DNA of 64,000 nt, taken from a virus (taxonomy: Duplodnaviria; Caudoviricetes). Shown piece after piece: positions 41,510 through 51,558 of this stretch (positions are counted from its first letter, which is position 1; each line of letters starts with the position of its first letter). The stretch spans positions 96,001 to 160,000 of IMG/VR virus record IMGVR_UViG_3300028603_000018; one strand, written 5' to 3'. The translations under genes were made by a program, and so were the position numbers. Under the pieces are notes generated by a model that did not search any database, had not been told where the DNA came from, and saw only the letters and a program-made list of their open reading frames with translations.

Positions 41510-42179
41510 ATGAGTAAGGAACTGCTATTAATTAGTTCTACCCCCCCCCTCCCCTCCAGGCATATTTACTAAGTTAAAACCTGCTACTGACGTAAGATTC
41601 CATCTCCAGTCAGTTGATGGTGTAATCAAAGATGTCAGTTCTTATAACCATGTTATTAATAATAGTGGACATATTACTGTCGATAGTGAAGGGTTTATTA
41701 ATAACGGTAACACATCAGGCTTCTTAGAAATATCAAGTGCTAATTTTCCTTCTCTAATGCAAGACTTTACAGTAGAGATGAGAGTTAAAATTGCAGATTT
41801 ATCTAAACTATATCACCAAATGGTGGGTAACTGGACTAGTAGGAACTTTCAATTTACTTACCGTGGGGTTAGTGGTAATTATTTTGGATTTGAAGATACG
41901 CCTGGTTGGGTTATTTCCCCTTATAGTCCTGAATTAAATACTTATATGCATATAGCATTTGTAAGACATAATAATGTTTTCTTTTGTTATAAGAATGGAG
42001 TTAAAGCTCAGTTAAGTCGTTTACCTACAGACGAGGTTAGAAGAACTGAGAATATCAAGATATTCCAAGTTTATGGTAGTACAGGTTATTCCTTGATAGG
42101 CGGGTTGTATGATGTAAGATTTTCCCAGAGTGCTGTATATACTGATAACTTTGAAATCAACCCTTTACCCTTAGTCTAG
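41510..42179 (+). pseudogene. MSKELL-tagged LamG/concanavalin-like protein, frameshifted at a C9 tract
   Basis: ATG 41510 gives MSKELLLISSTPP... Losing one C joins it to PPGIFTKLKPATDVRFHLQ...DFTVEMRV...HIAFVR...DVRFS, a 222-aa protein; the paralog at 55725 is 223 aa. Confidence 0.82.
41541..41549. repeat. C9 homopolymer at the frameshift site
   Basis: TCTA-CCCCCCCCC-TCCCCTCC. Confidence 0.95.
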
Positions 42180-42194
42180 TGCAGTTCACTATAT

Positions 42195-42233
42195 GTCATA
42201 AATAGGAGATCCTTTTGAGATCTCCTATTATGC
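42195..42233. repeat. Hairpin-family element, 39/39 identical (inverted) to 56875-56913
   Basis: Direct sequence comparison. Confidence 0.9.
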
Positions 42234-42235
42234 TC

Positions 42236-44497
42236 TTAAAAGAGATTCACTGAACTACTGTACATATTTCGATAATTGTTTAATGAATTAGCACTATCAA
42301 AGTTTTTAAAACTAGATTCAGTAGTGCGGCGAGATCGCAGCCTTTGTTCTCTAGCTTTCTCAATTAACTCATGCATGTTATTAATACTTCTATCGTTTTT
42401 TACAGTATTTCTATCGAGATGTTTTAATTCTCTCTCTAACTGAGAAACAACAAATTCTTCTTTCTCTTTACCTAACCTTTCTAATAGTTCAGCAATCCGT
42501 TTATGGTTCTTTTCTTGTTGATAACGTTTTGTTCTTTCAGCAAGTGTTAGTGTAACTTCTTCTCTTCTTGGTTCTTCTGAGAAGATATTGAGAGGATCTA
42601 AACCATAGAAAGATAAGTTCTTACCAAAAAGTAGTAACCATACGTTGAGTAACCAAGCAATTACCTGATCATCATGACCATTAGTACCGTGATCAATCCT
42701 ACCATTTTTCACTGATAAACCCATGAGTTGTTGGATTAAGGTTTTATCATTAATAACTTCAGCAAAGCGTTGAGTAGCTGTAGAGAGTACTGTACCGTAT
42801 AGTCGTTCTCTTGTATAGTTCCCTGCACCAGAAGTCTTATAGCCAAACAACCCTTTATTCATGTCGTAGAAGTTAGCGCGGCGAGCATGGATAGGTTTTC
42901 TTAATTCTTCAAAGAGTTCTTTCATCTCTTCTTTTTCTTGAACGATTCTATTAAAGATACGTTTAAAGGGATCTATTCCATGACTCATTAGAATCTCAGA
43001 TACTTGATCGATAATAGCCATACCACTACTGCGACATTCAGGAACCCATAATACACGAGGATATTTTATAAGAATATCTGCGATCCATTCAGAAAAACTA
43101 AATAAACTCATGTTGTTAAAAGTAGCTGCTGCTACTGTATTTAGTGATCGAGAATCTGTAAAGACAATACCCATGGTATCACCCCCTACAGCATCAGAGC
43201 TATCCATACCCATGAGAATGTCTCTTTCATTCATCACGGTTTGAATATCTCTTTGAGGAATATACCAGTTTAATAAGAAGTTCTTCTTATTATCATAATC
43301 CCTATAAACAACCTTCTTTTCACTTTTAACAATCCTAGCAGTTGTATCAGGGCTGAAAGGACTATCAGCTTGTCCGTTTGTCCATACGTTAAGATAATCT
43401 CGTTCAGCACCATCTCTTGGACCAGAAGCTTTAGCAATTTTCTCTCTTAACCAATCATCTGTATAACCTAATTGACGGTGAGAAAAAGTGGCATTAATAC
43501 GCGGAACAATGATCTGAGGAATCTTAGCCCCTTCTTTCGTATAGCTCGGACTCTTTCTACACATGGATATAATACGATTTGTTAAATCCTCATGATTCTT
43601 AGCGTCGAGAAAGAAAGGATCGTCCCAGTGAGCTGCTGTTTGAAGAAGTTCATTATAGAAGAAAGATCCTGAAGGACTATCAATCTTACCTGACGTCGTT
43701 GTACAGATAACTCCATGTGGCTCGTTCTTTGTTTTTGCGATATCTTGAGCAGCACCTGCTGATGCCATAGCTGCTGGAAACGCAATTGAAAAGTTAGGCT
43801 GAAAAGGACCTTCGTCGAATAGCATGGTTTCAGTCGTCATACCTCGACCCACGTTATTTGCACCTGCTAAGCTAGATTGAGGAAGGAAGGTTTGGAAAGC
43901 ATTACCTACTTGAGAAAATGTAATGTTCTCTGAGTTCCTACTTCCCTTTTTACCCATCTGGTTTAAATAACCTGGTAGAAGATCAACAATATCCTTTAAT
44001 CGCTTAACGTTTTCACGACGCAGTGTATCGTCTTTAGTTAATAGGTTAATGTTAGCATTACGACAAAGGATATTTCCTAGTAATGAAACTAACTCATCTA
44101 AACTTAAAGACTTACCTGTCTGACGTGGTTGAATTAGTGTAATAAAGATATGATTAAAATAACACCAATACAAACACATGTTTCCACGGTTTGCTAAGAA
44201 CAACCCAGGTTCACTGCCTGAACGGGCTGGAGCGCGAGCTACTTCTCTAAAGAAGTACCAAGGGTTAATACGACACTCATAGCTGATAGCACCTATTTCT
44301 TCTTTTGTTAGATCGGGTGCAAAAGGATCTATTCCTTTTAGATTAGGATTAATCAATGCTAATGGAAAAGCATGATTCTTAATACCCATGTCTCGCCATA
44401 AAGCAGCAATTTGAATAAAACTCTTATTCTTAGTCGATGTATCAATATCTGCTGTGGGCCAATAATCCCAATCGTCTCTAAACAATATCATACTCAT
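42236..44497 (-). CDS. terL: Terminase large subunit (phiKZ gp25-like)
   Basis: NPWYFFRE, Walker A QPRQTGKS, Walker B MLFDEG, motif TTT, and nuclease motifs MGMDSS and HDDQVIA. Confidence 0.92.
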   Translation of the reverse strand: MSMILFRDDWDYWPTADIDTSTKNKSFIQIAALWRDMGIKNHAFPLALINPNLKGIDPFAPDLTKEEIGAISYECRINPWYFFREVARAPARSGSEPGLFLANRGNMCLYWCYFNHIFITLIQPRQTGKSLSLDELVSLLGNILCRNANINLLTKDDTLRRENVKRLKDIVDLLPGYLNQMGKKGSRNSENITFSQVGNAFQTFLPQSSLAGANNVGRGMTTETMLFDEGPFQPNFSIAFPAAMASAGAAQDIAKTKNEPHGVICTTTSGKIDSPSGSFFYNELLQTAAHWDDPFFLDAKNHEDLTNRIISMCRKSPSYTKEGAKIPQIIVPRINATFSHRQLGYTDDWLREKIAKASGPRDGAERDYLNVWTNGQADSPFSPDTTARIVKSEKKVVYRDYDNKKNFLLNWYIPQRDIQTVMNERDILMGMDSSDAVGGDTMGIVFTDSRSLNTVAAATFNNMSLFSFSEWIADILIKYPRVLWVPECRSSGMAIIDQVSEILMSHGIDPFKRIFNRIVQEKEEMKELFEELRKPIHARRANFYDMNKGLFGYKTSGAGNYTRERLYGTVLSTATQRFAEVINDKTLIQQLMGLSVKNGRIDHGTNGHDDQVIAWLLNVWLLLFGKNLSFYGLDPLNIFSEEPRREEVTLTLAERTKRYQQEKNHKRIAELLERLGKEKEEFVVSQLERELKHLDRNTVKNDRSINNMHELIEKAREQRLRSRRTTESSFKNFDSANSLNNYRNMYSSSVNLF

Positions 44498-44663
44498 AGA
44501 ACTTTAATCCTTCATAGACATCGCCACTCATTACTAAATGACAATGTCTTGTAATGCTTATAATTTGTTATTACTCATATAGTAGAGTTTCTAGTATAAA
44601 TAAGGCATAGAAAGGGAGTCCTTTTAAGACCCCCTTTCAGAAACACTATTTAGATCAGTTCTG

Positions 44664-45065
44664 TTATTTAATTGCCGTGTTGAGGTAACGAATTTCCTCA
44701 TCTAGATAATGATCTAGAACGACTTCAAATTCCGATAGCTTTTCAGGAAATGTTAAAAGACTAGAGTTTACATAAAAAGGAGTTCTAAATAGTTTTATTA
44801 GTGCTTTTGGTATATCGTCACTAAAGGTTACTTCTAACTTATAATTAAAAGTACCATTAACTGCTAACTTTTTTCTAACAATAAAATGGATAAACCATTT
44901 ACCATTTCTTGGTAAAACTTTTATTTTACCAACGAGAGAGTTAGGTGATTTAGTTTTTTCACCTAACTCTCTCTTCCCCTCTCCAAGTAGTTCTTTAGCC
45001 CATTTTTTTAAATGTTTAACGACCTCTATCAACTTCAAAGTCTCGGCTTGTTTACAAATTGACAT
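44664..45065 (-). CDS. Hypothetical basic protein
   Basis: 133-aa ORF with its own downstream hairpin at 44604-44638. Confidence 0.5.
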   Translation of the reverse strand: MSICKQAETLKLIEVVKHLKKWAKELLGEGKRELGEKTKSPNSLVGKIKVLPRNGKWFIHFIVRKKLAVNGTFNYKLEVTFSDDIPKALIKLFRTPFYVNSSLLTFPEKLSEFEVVLDHYLDEEIRYLNTAIK

Positions 45066-45149
45066 TTCAACAGCCTTAGAATCAGAGGTTTATGAGAAAA
45101 AGTATGATGTAGGTCTTTACTAGCTTACCTACCTACATAGAATTTAAGT

Positions 45150-46388
45150 TCAATTCTTAGAGAAGTATTGTTTAGTCAAAGCTCGTGTCACAATGTACAA
45201 AAGAACACCGGTTCTAACACTAGCAATATTACCTTTATGTCGAGTATTGGTGGCTATTGCTACTAGCTCTTCTGTTTGTTCACGAATACTAATTAGTAAA
45301 GGATCTGTTGTTCTAGATGAACTATAAGCACCCTTTAAACTAGAGATAGCATTACCAATATCATTCGTATTAGAGAAGGTATTTCGTTTACTATAAAGGT
45401 AGTTAAAAGCATGTATAGTAATATCAGTAATAAGTTTACTGATTCTTTCTTCATACTGAGCTTTCTTACTATTATCACTTAACCAATTTAACGTCACATA
45501 GAACTGTTTCTCTGGCATCGTACTCATAGCTTTGATAATGACGTTTGTTAACATAGGCTTAACAAAACTACGTTTATCAGATATAATGTCAAGTAGATAA
45601 CGATAGTATTGCGAATACCCACCTACCTGATCTTTTAAAATCATCTCACCCTCATGCTCCATGACTGAGGCACTAGAGGTCATTTTAACCCCTTGAGCAT
45701 GGAGTCTAAAGTGTACATTCACAATATTCTTAATCATAGAGCGAATACGAAGCTGAGTATCATTAATCATCTTCCGAACTTCAATATCGTCATCCATGGT
45801 AAGGATCTTCTTATAATGAATACCTCTTGGATCAATAATATCAGAAGATCTGGCTTCAAGAGTTTTAGTCCAGTTACCATATTGCTTTAGAGCAAACTTT
45901 CTTGATAGTGCTGCATAAGTGGCTGCTGCTACCTCTGGATCAGCAGGATAGCGGAAATGATTCCATAAGCGAGAAGTTAAGTAACGATAGTTCATGACCA
46001 TTGCTACTTCGAAAGCTCCAGCTCTTTGTTTTTCTTTGCTTAACTTAGATGATGTGAGGAACTTATGCATCATCCAGATAAAGCTATTATTTAATGTATC
46101 ACTAGAGACTTTAAAACTAGGAATAATAGTAGGAAGCTTTCTCAGTTCATTTGTTAATAATGTCTCACTCACACCTAAAATTTGATCTGTCCAGTAATCT
46201 GCATCACTAGGAGTAAATCTAACGACCTCTACTCCAGTTAAATTACCTCCGAAGAATTTAATATGTTCTTCGTTTCTAGTAAGAAAACCAATACGAAAAG
46301 CATTTACTTTTTTAAGTAAATTATCGTCAAAGATGAGGTGTGAGCACAATTCATCAAACACCCCTTTAATTGTCGTTGCCATTATCAT
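45150..46388 (-). CDS. Conserved jumbo-phage protein (phiKZ gp32-like)
   Basis: 412 aa; FFGGNLTGV motif and LSRKFALKQYGNW. Confidence 0.6.
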   Translation of the reverse strand: MIMATTIKGVFDELCSHLIFDDNLLKKVNAFRIGFLTRNEEHIKFFGGNLTGVEVVRFTPSDADYWTDQILGVSETLLTNELRKLPTIIPSFKVSSDTLNNSFIWMMHKFLTSSKLSKEKQRAGAFEVAMVMNYRYLTSRLWNHFRYPADPEVAAATYAALSRKFALKQYGNWTKTLEARSSDIIDPRGIHYKKILTMDDDIEVRKMINDTQLRIRSMIKNIVNVHFRLHAQGVKMTSSASVMEHEGEMILKDQVGGYSQYYRYLLDIISDKRSFVKPMLTNVIIKAMSTMPEKQFYVTLNWLSDNSKKAQYEERISKLITDITIHAFNYLYSKRNTFSNTNDIGNAISSLKGAYSSSRTTDPLLISIREQTEELVAIATNTRHKGNIASVRTGVLLYIVTRALTKQYFSKN

Positions 46389-46475
46389 CCTTAAACTTTA
46401 AAAAGCTAATTTATCTATTCATAGAGTTTAAATTAAAATACCGATCTTATATAACATGTTACTTAATGATTCTTC

Positions 46476-47081
46476 ATGAGAGAAAAAAAAGGAACACTTA
46501 TGTTAAATAACTTGATTAAACAGCAAGAAGAAATGATGCTAGAGAACTATGTCTTAGCTAATAGAGATTTATTTCTTTTATTTAAAGATATAGAAAAACG
46601 ATTAGAAGGGGAGGAAGAACACACTGACACTCTTTCTGAATCTCTAGTAATCGTCTACAATATACTTTCTATTGGTCAATACATTATACCTAATGTGATT
46701 AAAAGTGATATTAATTGGTTCATCAATATCTTTAATCAGGAATTTGAACACGAACTAATTAGAATCGACACACATCCTAATATGGAAAACTTACTGTTAG
46801 TTAAAGTAGGTGATGAAAGGACAGATGTTCTCTCTATTGGGATTACACCTTCTTTAGAGCCTTCTAGATTTAAGATGTTTGTCATCGATCCTCAGGGTAA
46901 AGAGTTAGGAAAGTATAATACTTCTCAAGTGGTTTATAAAGAAATTATACGAACTGATATTTATAGGTATTTAGAGAATCTAACACAAGTCATTATTAAA
47001 GAGTTAGGTTCTTCCTTTCCTATTATCAATAAGATGGACCAAATTCTAACTATCTATAAAGAAAAAGATCTTGAAGTATAA
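46476..47081 (+). CDS. Hypothetical protein
   Basis: Opposite strand to its neighbours; likely start at the second ATG (46500) after AAGGA. Confidence 0.55.
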   Translation: MREKKGTLMLNNLIKQQEEMMLENYVLANRDLFLLFKDIEKRLEGEEEHTDTLSESLVIVYNILSIGQYIIPNVIKSDINWFINIFNQEFEHELIRIDTHPNMENLLLVKVGDERTDVLSIGITPSLEPSRFKMFVIDPQGKELGKYNTSQVVYKEIIRTDIYRYLENLTQVIIKELGSSFPIINKMDQILTIYKEKDLEV

Positions 47082-47082
47082 A

Positions 47083-47121
47083 GGCATAAAACGGGAGAGC
47101 AATTAGCTCTCCCAATTATGC
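47083..47121. repeat. Hairpin-family element (inverted near-copy of 32794-32832)
   Basis: One mismatch in 39 bp. Confidence 0.9.
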
Positions 47122-47128
47122 CGTCTTA

Positions 47129-48394
47129 TTAAGAGAATAAAACAAGTCCTAGGACTTTACCCCAAGCCGTTAAAGCATTCACAGCTCCTTTAGCAAAGGA
47201 AACTGTAGTATTAAATACTGCTTTCGGATGTGTATGGAATTTTATCTCTTTAGATAAAGATCCTTCTTTAGACTTCTTATTAATTTCCTCTATTGTTTTG
47301 TCTAACTCTGGTGTCTTATCACCATTACTTGCAAACTGTTTAACATCTTCAATTAATTCGTTAATTTTATTTCTAGAGGTTTGAATTAAGTTTACAGTTT
47401 CTTCATCAGGTTCAGTGACTTCGACTTCAGTTTCTTCTTGCTCAATATCGCTATTTGAAAAGACTGTCTCTTCCTGAGTCTTTTCATTTTTGGTTGTAAT
47501 GCGAGTAATCTCGCCATTGGGCCAATTGAACTGATATTCAGACACTAATTCAGCAGGAGATTGTGGTCGAGTTTTTGATAACTGTTGAGAGAGCTTTTCG
47601 TAGTCTTCAGGATTAGCTTCAGCTAATTGCTCAGCCGCATTAATAGACCAGGTTTGATATACCACAGTTTGCTTCTTTACTTTATCTACTAATGCCTCAA
47701 TCTCTGAGATAGCTGTATTAGCTTCCTTACTGAGTTTTTTTAAATCCTTAACAGTACTCACTGATTTAACAGTTTTCTTCTTTACGGGTTTATAATTATC
47801 TAAAGCTTCTACAGATAAGTCCATTTCATCAGAATCAACACTATCTTCCTCTTGAGAAGATTCTACTTCATCTGACTCTTGTGTCAGCATATCAGGTTCT
47901 TCTTTTTCTTCATCAAAGATCTTACTAAAGAAAGAATCTAAGTCATTATACACTGCTAAGTTATTTAACTTAGCTATCTCTTCAATAATTAGTGTCCATG
48001 GATTAGCAGGTGATCCTTCTTTATCGACAATACTGATAAAGACTACATCATCACTAAACTCTTTGTCCTTAATAAGTTTATTAAAGTTAAGAAGATCATC
48101 AGTCGTTGATTTGGACTTCACTACTACGTAGATATAGACTTGTCCTTCTCCAGCCTTATCTACAATAATCTGTCTTCCATTAGAACTAAGTGTAAGAATG
48201 TCTGTTGACTCTACACTAGGTGCGTTAGTCTTTCTATCATCAAATTTAAATAACTCATGTAGAGTCTTACTAATGATCTCAGAAAGCGGACCCTTCATTA
48301 CGATGTTCTTTTTACCTGTTTTCTTATAATCGACAACACTAGCTCTAGTTCTATCATCTTCAGGCTTAGTTGTCTTGATCGTAAATTCAGACAT
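47129..48394 (-). CDS. Probable head protein with acidic linker and S-x-E processing sites
   Basis: PSVES, SSQEE and LSVEA around a D/E/S-rich linker; KGPLSE motif shared with the adjacent gene. Confidence 0.55.
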   Translation of the reverse strand: MSEFTIKTTKPEDDRTRASVVDYKKTGKKNIVMKGPLSEIISKTLHELFKFDDRKTNAPSVESTDILTLSSNGRQIIVDKAGEGQVYIYVVVKSKSTTDDLLNFNKLIKDKEFSDDVVFISIVDKEGSPANPWTLIIEEIAKLNNLAVYNDLDSFFSKIFDEEKEEPDMLTQESDEVESSQEEDSVDSDEMDLSVEALDNYKPVKKKTVKSVSTVKDLKKLSKEANTAISEIEALVDKVKKQTVVYQTWSINAAEQLAEANPEDYEKLSQQLSKTRPQSPAELVSEYQFNWPNGEITRITTKNEKTQEETVFSNSDIEQEETEVEVTEPDEETVNLIQTSRNKINELIEDVKQFASNGDKTPELDKTIEEINKKSKEGSLSKEIKFHTHPKAVFNTTVSFAKGAVNALTAWGKVLGLVLFS

Positions 48395-48813
48395 TAGTTA
48401 GCCTCCATCAAATCTTTGACTAATCGATCAAAAGAAGTATACGTGGGGGATTCATATTCTTTTGCTATAATAATCATGCATTCAGTAAACACATTAACAA
48501 CTTCTTTATTGTCAAGTAAAAGCAATTGTACTTGAGTTTTATTCTTAGTTTGATTATAAATGTTAGCAAATTCTGCTACTTTAACTGCATCGACATCTTT
48601 TACACTAATGCCATAAACTATAATGGTGTTAAAGGAACGAGAGCTTACAATGAATTTTTTAGAACCTTCATCATTTTGAACAAGAGAGATTCCTGTATCA
48701 TCAATAACGCTTTCTTGACTCACTTCTGTTTTACTAATGTATTCTGTTAAGGCTGCGTAAAGACTATCGCTTAAAGGACCTTTGAAAATTATCTTCTGCC
48801 TAACTTTACTCAT
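48394..48813 (-). CDS. Paralog of the N-terminal domain of the 47129 protein
   Basis: KIIFKGPLSDSL...SQES compared with NIVMKGPLSEII...SVES. Confidence 0.6.
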   Translation of the reverse strand: MSKVRQKIIFKGPLSDSLYAALTEYISKTEVSQESVIDDTGISLVQNDEGSKKFIVSSRSFNTIIVYGISVKDVDAVKVAEFANIYNQTKNKTQVQLLLLDNKEVVNVFTECMIIIAKEYESPTYTSFDRLVKDLMEAN

Positions 48814-48935
48814 AATTTCTTCATTTTAAAAATGCCTGTATTAAATTAGAGGCGTTTAGAGCGTTTATTTATATTTTTGAGGTATCGATATACCTGAGTA
48901 AAAAATAATCAATTAGACTGATTATTTGTACCCTA

Positions 48936-49739
48936 TTATCGATAACCACCGAACATAAGTCTATAGTGTCGTCGACTCGATTCCATGTCCGTCATCATTA
49001 GAACACCCATTAGTGTTTCTTTTAAATATTCTTCATAAAGCTCATCAGCGTCTGAGAAACCTTCAATGATATTTCTAATAGCGCCGAGTTCAGCTCCGCC
49101 GCTAATTGCACCTTGATCTAGTTCTACAATAAGTGTATTGTAGATATATGCTTTTGTTGCTAGGAACACTGCCTCAGCAATGTTATTATAAGCTCTAATA
49201 GGAATGTTATTTAAATTCTCATCATTAGCGAGTCTGCATCGTAAATAAGTATTAGAAGGTAAGACATGCGTATAACGAACCGTCACTACGTTCTCTGCTA
49301 CTAATTCTACATAAGCTGAACTAATGGGAGGGATATTCGCATTAGAATCTAATAACGCTTTAGCAGATTGGAGTAATTCTCCTCTACCACAAAAAGCAGT
49401 TGATCCAAAACTATTTAATGCATTAGGGTCTAAGAAGTTAACACTTAATACAGAAACAATTGATCTACCGTCTGTTAAAGTCTTAGGAACTCTGAACACA
49501 CTAGTAAATTGCTCAATGACTTCTTTAGGGACGGTGATAAGAGGTACGAATACTTCTTTGCCTCCGATGATATCTAAGTCAGGTAATACACGATCATGGA
49601 TAACTTTAGTGAGGATCTGTTGTTCTATCGATACAGGTTCATTCCAATACCGAGTTAATGGTTTTAAGAAAGCTTCGCTTAATACGAGCTTATTAATTCT
49701 CATTGTTGTTTTCTTGATCGCGTGGTTAATAGCAGACAT
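48936..49739 (-). CDS. Conserved jumbo-phage virion protein
   Basis: 267 aa; LATKAYIYN..IVELDQGAISGG motif; divergent from the PhuZ operon. Confidence 0.6.
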   Translation of the reverse strand: MSAINHAIKKTTMRINKLVLSEAFLKPLTRYWNEPVSIEQQILTKVIHDRVLPDLDIIGGKEVFVPLITVPKEVIEQFTSVFRVPKTLTDGRSIVSVLSVNFLDPNALNSFGSTAFCGRGELLQSAKALLDSNANIPPISSAYVELVAENVVTVRYTHVLPSNTYLRCRLANDENLNNIPIRAYNNIAEAVFLATKAYIYNTLIVELDQGAISGGAELGAIRNIIEGFSDADELYEEYLKETLMGVLMMTDMESSRRHYRLMFGGYR

Positions 49740-49836
49740 GTCAAGCTTCCTTGCGATTAGGTATAATTAAGATTTATTCATTCACATATCATCTATAAGT
49801 ATCTGTTATTAATATGTCTTTTTTAGGGAAATGTGA

Positions 49837-50382
49837 ATGAGTTGGGTGAGTCCATATACTCGTCAAAAAATATTACCCTTAAATACAAAAAGCTCATTAT
49901 GCTTTAAACCTGAACTTTATGAAAAATACATCTGGTTAGACTTAAGGGATTTATTTGATCTAATTAATAACGCAATCATTTCTTTTGAGGATGAAGAAAG
50001 GCATAGAAAGCCAAACGGATTAATTAATGTACCTATTGAAGCAGGGTCAGTATTTGGCATTGATGCTAAGATCTTAAGTAGTGAAATACTTGATCTCATC
50101 TTAAGCAATGGAACATGTTATGATTTATCTGTCTTACACGACTGGTTAAGTAATTACTTTTATACTGAGCCAGATGATCCAGATAAGGAGTACTACGACA
50201 ACATAATCAGTCAATTCTTTTCTCTTATTATTTATACAGCTAACATTATTGTTGAGAAATACGTATCCATATTAGGAGCTATTTCTTTCAACACTATCTA
50301 TCAATCTGATTATCGATGGAAGCTATTGCAATTCTATCGAGATCAAGCCTTAATTGGTTTTGGGTTAAAACCTGGTTATTAA
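49837..50382 (+). CDS. Hypothetical protein
   Basis: First gene of the PhuZ operon; promoter-like motif at 49784. Confidence 0.55.
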   Translation: MSWVSPYTRQKILPLNTKSSLCFKPELYEKYIWLDLRDLFDLINNAIISFEDEERHRKPNGLINVPIEAGSVFGIDAKILSSEILDLILSNGTCYDLSVLHDWLSNYFYTEPDDPDKEYYDNIISQFFSLIIYTANIIVEKYVSILGAISFNTIYQSDYRWKLLQFYRDQALIGFGLKPGY

Positions 50383-50401
50383 ATAAGGACGTATTGAAAA
50401 A

Positions 50402-51472
50402 ATGTCGAATACTATTGAACGTACTCGTGGTAACATCCGTGTCTATGCTTGCGGTGGTGCTGGTATTAATCTAGGCCGAATGGTAGAGACCATCTCTGAG
50501 AAATCTAAGGATAATCTTAACTTTGCTCAGATTGATATCACTTATGTAGATACTAGCCTGGCTAATGCAAAAGGACTTCCTAAGGATTGCTTCTACCACA
50601 TCCAGCCTTCTTATACGCATATCAGTGATCGTGAAGATACTCTAGATGGTAGTGGGCAAAAACGTGATGAGAACGCTGAATCTGTTAAGCAAGCTATTCC
50701 CGATCTACTTTTAAAACATCCTCCTAAAGATATTAACATTCTTATCCATTCTGGTGGTGGTGGATCAGGTAGCGTTCTTGCTCCCTTTATCACTGCTCAA
50801 CTAAAGAAGAAAGGATTAGAAGTTATTATCATCCTAATTGGTAGTCGAGATACTTTAAAGGATATCACTAACACTATTGATACTATCAAAAGTTATGCTG
50901 GTATCTCTAAGGTGAATAACTCACCTATTGCTATTGCTTATGAAGAAAACGGTTCTGAATACAATAACTCTCGGTTAAGCAGTCAGGTTGTTGATAGCAA
51001 TGTACTTTTGACAGTTAATAGCTTAGCTGTTCTCTTTTCTAAGAATAATGAACGCTTAGATACGAAAGATTTGGAACACTGGTTGAACTTCCAGAAGGTT
51101 ACGGATTACCAACCTGGTATTGTGGGACTTCAGATTTGTGATCGCAATACTGCTAAGGACTTCGATCAGAATATTGTTTCTGTTGCAACACTGCATTCAG
51201 AGACTTCCGGTACGAGTTTAGGTAGTAATAACATTCCATCTTACCAGTGTCGTGGTATCTTACCTGAAGAACTCTCTTCTGTTGTTGTGGATGAAGATAA
51301 TAACAGTAAACTACCGCTTCATTTTATTCTCTCTGATGAGATTATTGTAGATAGTCTCTTTAGTTTGAATAAACTATCTGCTGGTTTAAAAGAGAAGTCT
51401 CAGTCTCGACCTAACATGGTGTCTTTGATCAGTGATGATGACAATGCTTCTGATGATGGTATTGTTCTTTAA
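50402..51472 (+). CDS. phuZ: Phage tubulin PhuZ
   Basis: VYACGGAGINLG, YVDTS, DGSGQKR, tubulin signature GGGSGS, RLDTKD, and acidic C-terminus DDGIVL. Confidence 0.92.
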   Translation: MSNTIERTRGNIRVYACGGAGINLGRMVETISEKSKDNLNFAQIDITYVDTSLANAKGLPKDCFYHIQPSYTHISDREDTLDGSGQKRDENAESVKQAIPDLLLKHPPKDINILIHSGGGGSGSVLAPFITAQLKKKGLEVIIILIGSRDTLKDITNTIDTIKSYAGISKVNNSPIAIAYEENGSEYNNSRLSSQVVDSNVLLTVNSLAVLFSKNNERLDTKDLEHWLNFQKVTDYQPGIVGLQICDRNTAKDFDQNIVSVATLHSETSGTSLGSNNIPSYQCRGILPEELSSVVVDEDNNSKLPLHFILSDEIIVDSLFSLNKLSAGLKEKSQSRPNMVSLISDDDNASDDGIVL

Positions 51473-51558
51473 TTCTTCTTTCTCTTGATGTAGCTGTGAA
51501 AGGGAGTGGGTATCAACCTACTCCCTTTTCATTACTGAGGATTTATTTTTTACTAGAC

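Noticed and set aside
32794-47121. Invertible segment bounded by the near-identical inverted hairpins
   Set aside because: No recombinase is visible, and the tube-sheath-baseplate-terminase order is consistent with related jumbo phages as I recall it. There is no evidence of inversion from this sequence alone.
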